From Octopus sinensis (Eukaryota), in assembly GCF_006345805.1 (NCBI RefSeq), contig NC_043000.1, positions 88,970,001 to 89,034,000 of the forward strand: a stretch of DNA of 64,000 nt. Direction: 5' to 3'. Position numbers and translations under genes: made by a program. A model generated the notes under the pieces. It saw only the letters and a list, made by a program, of their open reading frames with translations, did not search any database and was not told the DNA's origin. The first letter of the stretch is position 1. The number at the start of each line of letters is the position of its first letter. This document shows positions 12,728 to 25,251 of this stretch, one piece after another.

Positions 12728-15148
12728 GAAGGCGGCGAGTTGGCAGAAACGTTAGCACACCGGGCGAAATGCGGAGCTGTATTTCGTCTGCTGTTACGTT
12801 CTGAGTTCAAATTCCGCCGAGGTCGACTTTGCCTTTCATCCTCTCGGGGTCGATTAAATAAGTACCAGTTACGCACCGGGGTCGATATAATCGACTTAAT
12901 CCGTTTGTCTGTCTTTGTTTGTCCCGTTAAGCTTAGTCTTCGCTCATCCAAAAAAGCTAAGCCTTACCCGATGAAAACGATCGACTGGGAGGAAGTCTTG
13001 TCTAACCCCGATATGTCCAAACAATATACTATTGAGGTCTATAACACATTTCAATCTTTGTCTACTTCTGAAATAGATGCTGAGCACATTGAAGAAGTAT
13101 ACAGCAGCCTCATCAAATCAACAGAGGAAGTTGCACTGGCTACTCTTCCCAAAAAGAAAAGTAGGGGCCAGAGCAAACCTTCTAATTCCCCAAATGTCAT
13201 CGAAGCCAGAAACCATCTAAAGTCTATATCACTAGCTTACCACCGTTCTCCATCCCAGTCACTGAAGGTCCAACTCATAACTGCCAAGAAGAATCTTGAT
13301 GAGGCTTACTTGAACGCCGAGGTCGACTTTATCAATGGCAAAATTAGCAAACTATCCAAAGAGCACATTAGTAAAAAACACCATCTCGCCTGGAAATCCA
13401 TCAAAGACCTATCAGGCAAAAATTCTGGGTCATCAATTAGAATTAAAGGGGGATCAGCTAAGAAGCTTTTAGAAAATTAGTCAACTCATTTTAAAAACCC
13501 TCTTGGGAAGAATGCCAAAATCCCTGATAACCCCACTCTTCCAAGTGTGCGTATATCAGACACGCTGGACACCAACACCTCCCCTTTTACCATTTTTGAA
13601 CTAACAGCAGCCACTAAGCAACTAAAAGCCTCGAAAGCATTTGGTCCCGACAACATCCCAGCTATAATTTGGAAGGATGATAGATTTCACACTTTTGCTC
13701 AATCTTTGCAACCACACACTTTCCACCTTTGTCGCTCCAAAGATTTGGCACCAATCTCAAATCATCCCAATACCCAAAAAAGGCGATTTACCCCTCGTCA
13801 CCAACTACAGGGGTATATCTCTAATGTCAATTGCTGCAAAACTGTACAACAAACTGATTCTAAATCGTCTTGTCCTTTTTGTTGAACCTTTGCTCCGAAA
13901 GAACCAAAATAGATTCAGACATAGGCGCTCAACGCTGAGCCAGATACTATGCCTACGCAGACTTATTGAAAAATCAAAAGCATTTAATCGCGATCTTGCA
14001 ATGGTGTTTGTAGACTTTTCTAAAGCGTTCGACTCTGTAGATAGGTACAAGATGTTTGAAATCCTTAAGCTCTATGGGATACCAGACAAAATCATTTCTG
14101 CCATCAAGGTCCTCTACACAGATACGTCTTCAACCATCTTAACCCCTGACGGAGAAACATCATCTTTCTCAATCAAAGCCGGAATACTGCAGGGAGACAC
14201 ACTCGCCCCATTTCTTTTCATCATTGTTGTTGACTATGTGCTACGTATGTCAGTTGATACTATCTTTGGCAAGGGCTTTCAAATAAAACCAAGAAAAAGT
14301 TCCAGACACCCAGCTGAATACTTGACAGACAGACTTTGCTGACGACATCGCTTTTATCAGTGATTCTCTCTCCAATGCCCAGTCTCTTTTACAATCTCTC
14401 GAACAAGCCTCAAATTGTGTAGGTCTTTACCTCAATGAGGCCAAGACTGAATATATAAACAAGTGCCCGTCCAACAGTGATTGCATCATCCATACTCTCA
14501 ACAATGCGCCCTTAAATATAATATGGTTTCTGATTACAAATATCTTGGGTCATACATATCATCATCTGGAAAAGATTTTCTAACTAGAAAGGGTATGGCC
14601 TGGTCAGCCTGTAATGACATTCATAAGATCTGGTCATCAAATCTAAGTAGAGACTTCAAACTTGAAATCTTCAAAGCCACAGTCGAACCAATTCTACTAT
14701 ATGGCTCAGAAACCTGGACGTTATCAAAGAAGCTTGAGAGGCGGTTGGATGGAACCTACACTCGCCTCCTTATGAGAGCTCAAAATCTCTCGTGGAAACG
14801 TCATCCAACCAAAATGCAAATATATGGGAAACTACCACCTGTGCATTCTCTTGTGAAAGGTAGGAGAGTCCAGTTTGCTGGACATTGTTGTAGAGCTGAA
14901 AACGAGGCAATTTCTCCTCTTCTCCTCTGGAAGCCATCTACTCGCAATACCAGAGGGCGCACACTCTCCTACCCTGATGTAATCTCCAGGGATACAGGCA
15001 TCCAGCAACAGGACCTCCGTAATGCCATGAAGGACCGTGAAGTCTGGCGTAGCATGGTAAATTCCATTGTCTCGACCACGGTCGAACAATGATGAATGAT
15101 GATTGTCCCCTCTGTGTGTTGTCCCTCGTGAGCAGTAAAGAAATAGGT
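12728..15148 (+). mobile_element. tRNA-derived SINE family B, split by an RTE LINE
   Basis: Head GGCGGCGAGTTGGCAGAAACGTTAG…GAGTTCAAATTCC at 12728-12925; tail resumes at 15103. Other B copies at about 10190-10390, 11073-11175, 12290-12455(-), 16020-16245, 32258-32410, 33795-34240, 42420-42640(-), 60715-60865(-), 61110-61730(-). Confidence 0.85.
12926..15102 (+). mobile_element. 5'-truncated RTE-clade non-LTR retrotransposon, degenerate RT
   Basis: RT motifs NYRGISL, FVDFSKAFDS, GILQGDTLAPFLF, FADD, YLGS, ILLYGSETW; (GAT/GAAT) tail; 7-bp TSD TTGTCCC; frameshifts and a stop. Confidence 0.93.
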
Positions 15149-15264
15149 TAATCCAGCGTTGGGTGTATACCTTAGCTGCTATTTCTGAAACATCACTAGA
15201 AGGTACAGTACAATGTGGTGTCTGCAGAAACAGAATAATGAGGGAATTTTTTTTATAAAATTAA

Positions 15265-15426
15265 GAGGCGAGTGGCTGTGTGGTAAGTAGCTTGCTTACG
15301 AACCACATGGTTCCGGGTTCAGTCCCACTGCGTAGCACCTTGGGCAAATGTCTTCTACTATAGCCTTGGGCCGGCCAAAGCCTTGTGAGTGGATTTGGTA
15401 GACGAAACTGAAAGAAGCGTGTCGTA

Positions 15427-15499
<73 letters not shown>

Positions 15500-15693
15500 T
15501 TGTCCCCTCCAACATCGCTTGACAACCGATGCTGGTGTTTTTACGTCCCCGTTATCTAGCTGTCCGGCAAAAGAGACCGATAGAATAAGTACTAGGCTTA
15601 CAAAGAATAAGTCCTGGGGTCGATTTGCTCGACTAAAGACGGTACTCCAGCATGGCCACAGTCAAATGACTGAAACAAGTAAAAGAGTTAAAG
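15265..15693 (+). mobile_element. SINE family A, full length
   Basis: Colinear with the 5738-6146 copy. Confidence 0.9.
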
Positions 15694-16254
15694 AGATGTC
15701 ACAAGTTCTCTACTATGTTCTTTTTATGAAATTATGGAATGTCACTGTCGTCACTTCCGCCTTTTGTTTTAAATATAACCTATAAAGCGCTGGGATTTAC
15801 ACTTACATAGCATGGACTGCTGAGCACATTTTATGACAATGAGACTACCACGCACACATAAAAAACATAAAATAGTTCAAATATCTTCTTAGTATATAAT
15901 GGTGGCAAGTTTTACATCATCTGAAAAGTCATTAGTTGAACTATTAGTCCTCTTGCCTTCTGAGGGGTATCGGAGCGTTTGAGTGACATTAGACCCCATA
16001 AATTAAATGCATGTATCTGGGCCACGATTTTGGCCTGTCGACAATTTTGGTAATAATGACTTTATCTTTATTAAACTGGAGTTTGGCAAAATGCTTAGCG
16101 GCACTTCGTTTGTCCTTACGTTCTAAGTTCAAATGCTGCCGGAGTCGACTTTGCCTTGTATTCTTTCGGGGTCGATAAAGTAAGTACCAGTTGAGTACTG
16201 GCATCGATGTAATCAACTTACACACTCACCCAAAATTTCAGGCCTTGTGCCTAT

Positions 16255-16496
16255 ACTCTTTTACTTGTTTCAGACATTTGACTGTGGCCATGCTGGAGCA
16301 CCGCCTTTAGTAGAGCAAATCGACCCCAGTAAGCCTAGTACTTATTCTATCGTTCTGTTTTGCCGAACCGCTAAGTTACGGGGACGTAAACACACCACCA
16401 TCGGTTGTCAAGCGATGTTGGAGGGGGGGACAAACACACACAAACATATACACACACACATACATACATACATACATACATACATACATACATACA

Positions 16497-16532
<36 letters not shown>

Positions 16533-16672
16533 TTTATATACATATATAGGATGGGCTTCTTTCAGTTTCCGTCTACCAAATCCACCCACAAGGCTTTAGT
16601 CGGCCCGAGGCTATAGTAGAAGACACTTGTCCAAGATGCCACGTAGTGGGACTGAACCCGGAACCACACAGT
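16255..16672 (-). mobile_element. SINE family A, near full length
   Basis: Reverse-complement match to family A. Confidence 0.9.
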
Positions 16673-16875
16673 CACTAAAGGATTATTAAACTGGAGTTTG
16701 GAATATAAATTAACATAAAACTTTTATGGAAGGTTTTTTGTTCACTTTAAAAAAAAAGGTTTGTGTCATAGATCTATCGCCGTTTTTGTGTGCTTTGGTA
16801 ATCTTCATGTTCACCTCGGCGGGATTTGAACTTAGAACGTAAAATGTCGGAACTATGTTTAATACAAAAGGCCTT

Positions 16876-17515
16876 TTATCTTTTACTTGTTTCATGACTG
16901 CGTTGGAGGTTTTAGTCGAACGATTCAACCTCAGTACTTACTTTTATAAGCTTGGTACTTATTCTATATGCTTCGTTGCCGGGCGAAATGCGTAGCCGTA
17001 TTTCGCCTGTCGTTACGTTCCGAGTTCAAATTTCGCCGAGGTAAACTTTGCCTTTCATCCTATCGGGGTCGATAAATTAAGTACCAGTTACGCACTGGGG
17101 TCGATGTAATCGACTTAATCCCTTTGTCTGTCCTTGTTTGTTCCCTCTGTGTTTAGCCCCTTGTGGGTAGTAAAGATATATATATGCTTCGTTTGCTGAA
17201 CCATTAAGTTACGGGTATGTAAACAAACTAACATTGCTTGTCAAGCGGCGATATATGAATGTATGCATGTAGTCTGTGAAGGTATTTTTAGCTTTAATAA
17301 ATAGTGTGTGTGCGTGTGTGTACATAATCGGATTGAACCACTTGAGCGAAACCGATTGGTAAGATCAGGCGTAACGGATATATAATACTGTACACTTCGA
17401 CACACACACACATGCATACATATGCCCAGGGTGATAGTCAAAGACATTTGCCCAAGATGCTACATAGTGAGGCTTGAACCTGAAACCATGTGGTTGGGAA
17501 GCAAACTTTTTACTA
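16876..17515 (-). mobile_element. SINE family A interrupted by a family B copy (16978-17180, +)
   Basis: 13-bp TSD TATATGCTTCGTT at 16965-16977 and 17181-17193. Confidence 0.85.
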
Positions 17516-17720
17516 TTCAACCACGGTAATATTTTAAATGTGGAAAATAAGTCGCTTACTATAGGTAAAATACAGGAGAGAAATATAAATAGATAAATGA
17601 CAGAATAACAGAATGCGAGTATGACTGAGTGAGTGAGAGAACAAGTGGAGAGAATGCCGATTATCATCACTATAACAGGTGACACTCAAGCACCCGACTA
17701 CGTAATGCGCATGACAGTCT

Positions 17721-17747
17721 GTTTCTATGACAACTAACTATGGTAAC
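17721..17747 (+). promoter_or_regulatory. RFX X-box (GTTTCTATGACAAC) plus an adjacent half-site (CTATGGTAAC)
   Basis: Exact fit to the X-box consensus GTHNYY-AT-RRNAAC, about 70 bp upstream of the putative start codon of a ciliary gene. Confidence 0.7.
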
Positions 17748-17804
17748 CCTATTGCAGCAATTTTCAACATCTGGTTATATTACGTTAATTTAGAAAACTG
17801 AAGC

Positions 17805-17848
17805 ATGTCTTTCGATAAAACTGTTGTCCATTTTCCTTCTATCACCAG
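17805..17848 (+). CDS. TSNAXIP1: Probable first coding exon of the TSNAXIP1-like gene (MSFDKTVVHFPSIT, phase-2 donor)
   Basis: ATG at 17805, open to a strong donor CAG|GTAAAT at 17848/9; X-box about 70 bp upstream. Assigned by position only, with no recognised homology in these 14 residues. Confidence 0.5.
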
Positions 17849-18937
17849 GTAAATTGATTAATGTTTGTTGGCATATTTTTGTGTTTTATTAATCTTGTTC
17901 AAATTTCCCATACACAGTTATGGCAATACAGAGTTATTTTATTGTAAAGTTGTTATTTTTTCCACCTGATTACCTTATCGAACTTTATTCGATTTCTACT
18001 TAACAACCTTTTGAGTAATTAAGTACATGGTTAATGTAACTGGTGTTCTGGTTGCTATCGTTGTGATTTTTCTCACGAACGATAATAAACAAAAACAACA
18101 TCGTTACTAAACAATATCGATTTCATGCGTAATTGTATTGGTGCATGCGGGGGAAGTTATTGATTTATCGATATATACTAGTGATTTATTTCTTTTTCAT
18201 CCTGGATTTCATTCAGTTTATAGTTCATCAGTTATTGGTTTTCAGTTCGGATTTCAAAGGCGATCTCACGTCTTGTAGAATATAAATATTGTCTGGTTGT
18301 TGACAGAAAGGCGGGAGACTCACATCCTGTTAGAACCCTAGGTAATCTTTTTCTGTTATGTCCGTCTCACTTGTGGGTTGGGGTTCACCTAAAACAAACG
18401 AATGATTTCCGACAGTTTTGATGGTCAGATTCATTCAAAACACGTCAAACAACTGTAGCAAGGATACATTTCGTCTTCAAAGTGAGACTGATTTAATAGT
18501 AAAAATTTACCAAAAGTAAATCATCATAATCATTTAACATCCACTTGTCGGAAGAAATTTATTGAGGTGCCCACACGCACGCACGTATTTCTTGGTGATA
18601 TACTGGAAATATTTGGGGTACCAGAGAACTAAAAGAAAGAAGGCATTCCTTCGATATAGCTCGATAAGGTCGAGACATTTCACTTCGGGTATTTCCGTTG
18701 TTTGTGGAGTATACATATAACGAAATTATGCCAGCAATGTCTCATTTTAAACTTGAAGAAAAAAAAATCTTTGCAATGCCAGAAAGAGAACACAAACATT
18801 AAATAAAAAGTATGAATTACATATTTTTACTTTTCCGTTCTTTGTTTGAACCAGTAGCTGTTGGCTATTTCTTTAAAGAAGACTGCAAATTAATTATTTG
18901 TAAAACTAATTACTATTTTTCCTTTTTTTTTTCCTAG

Positions 18938-18970
18938 TAACCACTCCAGCGAGGATCACACTCTCTACAG
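18938..18970 (+). CDS. Candidate 33-bp phase-2/phase-2 micro-exon (S-NHSSEDHTLY)
   Basis: Long poly-T tract plus CCTAG acceptor; open frame compatible with the 17848 donor; weak donor (CAG|GTCACA). Confidence 0.25.
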
Positions 18971-19279
18971 GTCACAAACATACAGTGATAAATTATATGT
19001 GTATTACCGGATTCGCAACAGTTTGCATCAGCTGCCAAATCCATCTGCACTGAAGGTGATTTCTCTTCCTAAAACTTTTATTTATTGTTACCAATTTCCA
19101 TTTGACCTAAGAAAATAATAGTTGTTTGTGACAGTTCATGCTTGTCACAATATTTTCTTTATATTTTGCTTCTGACGAAAATAATTTTTGTTGCCCCCCC
19201 CCCGGCCACCTTTATTTATTCATTAATTTGCAAGGCTTTTTGCTACAGGTATAGAAAACCTTGTAGTGGAACTAATGAG

Positions 19280-19812
19280 CAAGTGGCATCCATGCTGACG
19301 GGGCGCGAAAAGCACCATATGAGTGTGATCGTTGACAGAGCGGCTAACCGGCTTCCGTGCCAGTGGCACATAAAAGCCACCATTCGAGTGTGATCGTTAT
19401 CAGCGTCGCCTTACGTGCACTTGTGCCCCATGCTAGTAGGGTGCTAAGAGCACCATCTGAGCGTGATTGTTGCCAGAGCAGCTAACTGGCTTCTGTGCCG
19501 GTGGCACGTAAAAGGCACCATTAAAGCGTGATCGTTACCATCGTCGCCTCACTGGCACTTGTGCCAGTGGCACGTGTAAAAACATTTGAGCGAGGTTGTT
19601 GCCAGTACTGCCTGACTGGCCCCTATGCCGGTGGCATGTAAAAGCACCTACTACACTCTCGGAGTGGTTGGCGTTAGGAAGGGCATCGAGCTGTAGAAAC
19701 TCTGCCAGCTCAAGATTGGAGCCTGGTGCAGCCATCTGATTCGCCAGCCCTCAGTCAAATCGTCCAACCCATCCTAGCAAGGAAAGCGGATGTTAAACAA
19801 TGATGATGATTG
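19280..19812 (+). mobile_element. RTE-tail element (LINE 3' end or RTE-dependent SINE) with internal ~60-bp repeats and a (GAT)n tail
   Basis: Shares GGAGTGGTTGGCGTTAGGAAGGGCATC…GTTAAAC(GAT)n with the 3' end of the 29270-31297 LINE. Also at 25710-25900(-), 34440-34712, 42765-43172, 43880-44445, 53893-54135, 63745-64000(-). Confidence 0.8.
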
Positions 19813-19819
19813 GAACACA

Positions 19820-20350
19820 AGCACAGTTTGAAGACCTAAACTCCAGTGCTGCAATAATTAAGACTCTTAGCATTTTTGCTAACCCAGAACACTTAACTAT
19901 AGATATATAACTTCAGGGTATATAAGCAGAGAGAGTACTGCATATTAAAAACTTGTAGCAGGGATTCAAAACCAAATCCCTGGATACGTGGTCAGAGCAA
20001 ACCACCATAATTTCATGTGATCAGGCTGTTAACCAACTAATCAGTGTAAAGTGATTGCGTGAACAGGTTTTCTTGAACATTCTAGAATTTGACTTCCAGT
20101 ACCCTATAAAAATCATGTGGTGCACATTATAACCAGATAGACAACCCAGGAGGGAATCTAAGTCAGATGGTGCAGATAAATGACAGGAATCTCCACTGCC
20201 ACAAATATTGCACAATTGTTTCCAGTTATGTTGGGCAATCTGCATGTTGCTGTGTCCATAAGATGTTAAAAACTCCAAGCAGAATGTAATTATTGTTGCT
20301 GTTATCTGTAAAAAGCCAATGTAGTTTGCCTTTCTGTGTGATAATAAAAT
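19820..20350 (-). mobile_element. Highly degenerate GIY-YIG fragment, probably Penelope-like
   Basis: Broken translation VVYLV.MC.. / IG(Y)TGSQILECSRKPVHAI; many lesions. Confidence 0.4.
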
Positions 20351-20540
20351 ATTCTGTTAAATATTCACAGATGTTCTTCAGTGCAAGAAACATATTTTCG
20401 GTCATCAACTCAACCAGTCATCACCACAGACCACCACCAACAACAACAGTGGAGGTGCAGTGGCCCAGTAGTTAGGGCAGTGGACTCGCAGTCGTAAGAA
20501 CACGGTTTCAATTCCCAGACTGGGCATTGTGAGTGTTCAT

Positions 20541-23500
20541 CTGGGGAGTGGTGTTCCCCCAAACCGAAGAAGAGGCAGTGCAGTTCCAAACCAGGCGGGA
20601 AAATTATGACCACTAAATCCATTCCGATCGACCCCACAGGCCGACATAAGTCCGATGGCTATGAAACCACCCTTTCGAAATCCTCCAATGAAGAATCGAA
20701 TACCGCAGCTCATAGTAGAGAACTTTTTGCCCACTCAAGATCGGCAATAATATATGGCAAGGCTGAATCCACCTGTGATACAGGCATAAACCGCCTAAAA
20801 GATGACATTAATTTTGTTTCCGTTTTGGTTGGAAAATTGTTCTCTGTGAACGAAAATGTCAGTGTTCTTAAGGTCGCTCGGCTAGGAAGATTCCAAGCGA
20901 ACCCAACCGCAGATACTAGACCACGCCAATAAGGGTAATCTTTTCTTCTGATCGGGAGGCTTCAGTCTTTCTGAACAGAGCTCAGACGCATGCCTGGGAG
21001 GACCCCAATATGGGTTTTCGCGAGGAATACTCACTAAGAGAGAGAATTCGCCGGAGGAACCTGATATCCGAGCTAAAGATGAGAAAACAAATGGGAGAGA
21101 AGGGTTTACGAATCCAAGATGGACAGATAATCAAGTCCTACCTCTGGTCCCATGCTGTAGTGCTGACAGGGAAAGTGATGTGAGGGCAAATCGAAGTGAA
21201 GTTGATACCCCCGTCAACGATGCTATCTCTGATGCCCTTTATTCTGCTTGTTCCCCAACTCCCGCCCCTCAGACTTCACAGCTCAGCATCGTCTACACCA
21301 ACTCGTGCTCCTTATTCCCAAAGTTCAGTGAACTATTTACACTGGCCCTACGCGACTCCCCTGATGTGATAGCTATCACTGAGACTTGGCTGACTCCAGC
21401 AGTAAAGGACTCAGAGATCCACCTGCAGGGCTACGTCCTTTTCAGATGTGACAGAGGAAAAAGGCGAGGTGGAGGTGTTGCTGTGTATGTTAAGTCTGAG
21501 CACAAACCGTCCTGCGGTATTCTACCCACAAATGCTCAACCTACAACCAAATTCGATGCCGTCTATTGCAAGCTGAGCCTATCTGAGTTTTGCCTGCCCG
21601 TGTTGGCTGTCTACAGGCCGCCTCTAGCCGACCCCCAGGACGATGCTCATCTACTCGAAGCGATAAGATTCGTTTCAGCTTCGCATGACTGCTTGGTACT
21701 AGGCGACTTCAACGCTCCCACGATCGATTGGCCCGCATCAATTTGTACAACATCTTCCCGGTTCGGCCAGGCCCTTCTTGACGTGGCTGAAGATTGTTTT
21801 CTATCGCAACATGTTGAATATCCGACAAGGCATCAGTCTGGGCAGCAGCCATCTATGCTAGATCTGGTATTCTCCCGCTATCCAAGATCAGTGTCAGACG
21901 TATCTGTGTGCGCCCCTCTTGCCAAGAGTGATCATGCAGTCCTGAAGTTCGTCATGCACACGACTTTTTCCATGCCCACGATTACTTCGCTGCCACGTAG
22001 AGTCTTCTCTGCAATTAATCTTGAAATTCTAACCGAGGCTTCCGCGCTTCTGGACTGGCGTTCCCTGATGACATTGTCCTCAGTTGACGAACTATGGTCA
22101 TCCCTCAAAGCATATGTAATCTGTTTGACTGACCAGGCAGTTCCCGTTGGACTTCCCAAGAGGAAGAAACACAAGCCCTGGGTGACGAGAAGGTTAAACG
22201 AGAACGTCGACTCAGAGATATTGCTTGGGCTGAATTCAAAAATCTGGATTCGACTGCAGCTTTTGAGGTGTACAAAACTCAACGAGACCGAGCCGTGAAA
22301 ATTGAAAAGAAAGAACGCTTCAGTTATGAATACAAAATCGCGGCAAATGCCAGTAGCAATCCAAAAACCTTCTTTGCCCATGTCCAGCGGAATTCCCGCT
22401 TGAACAACCAGATTGCAACGTTGGTAGACTCAACAGGCGTATCAATTGAGGACCCTTATCAACAGAGTCAATTATTTGCCGAGGCTTTTTCAACTATTTT
22501 CAAACAAGATGATGGTCGTGAACCCCCTCCATTTGATAGATCGGTACCTCCAATGCTTCGATTGATCATCACGCGGGACCAAGTCAAACGTGTTATTCAA
22601 GGCCTCGATGTCAACAAGGGTCACGGCCCTGACGGCATACACCCACGGGTTATCGAAGCGTTGGCTCCGGTCATCTGCGAGCCCTTAACACGACTATTCA
22701 ATATGTCATTGGCGACGGGTGTTATACCTGCAGACTGGAGAACAGCGATAATCTGCCCAATTTTCAAGAAAGGGAGCCGCGAAGACCCGCTTAACTACCG
22801 ACTGGTTTCCCTTACATCAATAATCAGCAAGATGTTCGAAACCATCCTAAGAAAAGTATGATGCTCCACCTCCTAAACACAGCCTCGATCACTGATTCCC
22901 AACATGGCTTCGTGCCGAAGAGATCATGCTTGACCAACTTACTAGTAATGGAAGAATTGGTGATGCGCATCCTCGATGATAGTGATGCTGTTGACATCGT
23001 TTTATTGGACTTTGCCAAAGCTTTTGACTCGGTAAACCACCGCCTACTACTTGTCAAGCTTCAAGCATATAGTTTCCATCCGGATATTGTACGATGGGTT
23101 GGTGCCTTCCTCTCAGATCGCTCCTTCCAAGTTCAAGTTAATGGTTCGCGATCCGACGTCTCCAGTGCGAGCAGTGGCGTGCCTCAAGGTTCAGTGCTTG
23201 GGCCCTTGTTGTTCTTAGTCTTCATAAATGACTTGCCCGACGACCTCACGCAACACACCCTTCTATTTGCCGACGATATCAAACTGGTCGCTCCTCGCGG
23301 TAGTATAGAGGATCTTCGTCGATGCCTCCACCAAATTTGGAAGTGGTCTAACGATTGGGACCTGTGTCTGAACGTGTCAAAGAGCTGTCATCTGCCTGTC
23401 GGCTCTACTCCTGCAACTCAACTTGATTTCGAGCCGGGTCGTCTGCTGCTGGAGAGGACCGATCAGGTAAAGGACCTGGGTATCTTGGTGGATTCCTCCT

Positions 23501-24154
23501 TTTCGCCTTCGGCCCAGTGCGTCCATGCTGCCAACAAAGCGCGCGGAATTCTGTTTTTGATTCGACAGTCATTCGGAATGCTCACAGCAGCCATATTCCT
23601 GCCACTCTATGTCATGCTGGTGAGACCCATATTGGAGTATGGGATTCAAGCCTCTTCTCCTTATCTCCTCAAAGACATACAGCACCTCGAAAGAGTCCAG
23701 AGGCTGGCTACCCGCATGGTTCATGGTCTCAAAAATTTGTCCTACGAAGAAAGGCTGAGGACGCTCGACCTTTGTTCTCTTGAAAAACGCTGCCGCCGTG
23801 GTGATCTCATTCTCGCCCACAACATCATAAGCGGGAAGTGTAACCTCTCGAAAGAGCTGTTCTTCACTCCTGCTCCGGAGCGTCGGCTGCGGGGTCATTC
23901 CGAAAAGCTCTACCTGCGACGATTTCATCTCAATCGAAGGAGAGGAGCTTTCTCCGTCCGGGTTGCGGATCCGTGGAACAAGCTGCCAGACGAGATGGTG
24001 AAGATGCCGACGACCGCTTTGTTCAAAGCCTCCCTGGACCTCAAGTGGCCTGAACTCTTTACATGAACACCACCCTGTACTTAACTCCATGTCCCCCTAC
24101 ATGGCCTTGATATTTGCTTTTGAGCCAAATTAACTAACTAACTAACTAACTAAC
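20541..24154 (+). mobile_element. CR1/L2-type LINE: 5'-truncated ORF1 plus ORF2 (APE endonuclease and RT), (TAAC)n tail
   Basis: ORF1 IIYG.AES…RLGRF…RPR; APE motifs IAITETWL, RRGGGVAVYV, VLGDFN, SDH; RT motifs LDFAKAFDSV, GVPQGSVLGPLLF, LFADD, KDLG; tail 24131-24154; splits a family C SINE. Confidence 0.95.
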
Positions 24155-25034
24155 TTATTGAGCAAAAACACCTAAGCTCCACGAGGCTCCGGCGGGGGTG
24201 AATCCCCTGTACTCTTTCATCACAACTTTCTCTCACTCTTTCTTCCTACTTCTGCCACAAAGCAAAGGAACCATGGTGTAGCCCACTATGGTGTGGTAAA
24301 CTTTCAGACCCTAGTCTAGATTGCGAATCCTCTGTACCCCAGGATGGTTCAGCTCTCCACCTGTTAAAAGCCACCGTTTACAGAATGAGGATAACAATGT
24401 AGCTTTCACGTCCGCGTAACCGCCACTCCATCGCGTGTGGTGGGTGGATCTCCAAGTTGCCACACCCATTCTTAGTAGCTTAGAGTAAGCTCAAATTAGA
24501 GATTATTCTTTGTGACTAATGGCATGAGTCCTGATTGGAAGAAGAAGAAGACAACAACAACACCCATGCGAAAATCTTTTACGTGTCTTGGCTGTGTAAT
24601 TAAGAAGTCTGCTTTCCAACTATATGATTTCAGGTTCAGTCCCATTCCAAGCTAACCAAACCTTGTGAGTGAATTTGGTTGATAGAAACTGAAAGAAGCC
24701 CATCAAGTGTATGTGAGTGTATCTGTGTCTCTATATCCCAACATTGCATGATAGTTGTAAACAAGCTTCACCATCAAACAAGGGGTATCCAATTTACTGT
24801 GAGAACATGTTCAAGCATTGGAATCATGTGAGGGTTTGATAACAGGTAGGGTATCTGGCTGTTGAAAAATCCTGTCTGGCCTATGAAAGCATGGGCAAGT
24901 GGATATTAAAACAACAATTTATTAGATTGTTATGGTAAGTTAATGCTTTCCTGTGGGTCTAGAGAACATATAACAGACCCAGTTTTATGTATTTTTTTAA
25001 GGTTTTGAAATCTTTAACACTAGGGCTATCTTAA

Positions 25035-25251
25035 CCCTTAAGTATTCATATTACTGTCAAATGAAATGCTTAAGTATTCATCTCATTTTGAATTAATCAT
25101 GCATTATTTCATAACTTAGAGATTTTGATGCTGTGATTATTTACTTTAAAATCACGCTGTAGGGTAGGTGTAAAAGGCCAGATCTGACCAGTTTGAAAAT
25201 AAAACAGGTAAAATATTTTGGCCTTACATGGCCAGTTAGAATGTTAAAGGG
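25035..25251 (-). mobile_element. piggyBac-type MITE, same family
   Basis: TTAA|CCCTT…AAAGGG|TTAA; body is the reverse complement of 38467-38685. Confidence 0.85.

Noticed and set aside
21168-21178. -1 frameshift slippery site GGGAAAG between CR1 ORF1 and ORF2
   Set aside because: The heptamer is not in the corrected ORF1 reading frame.
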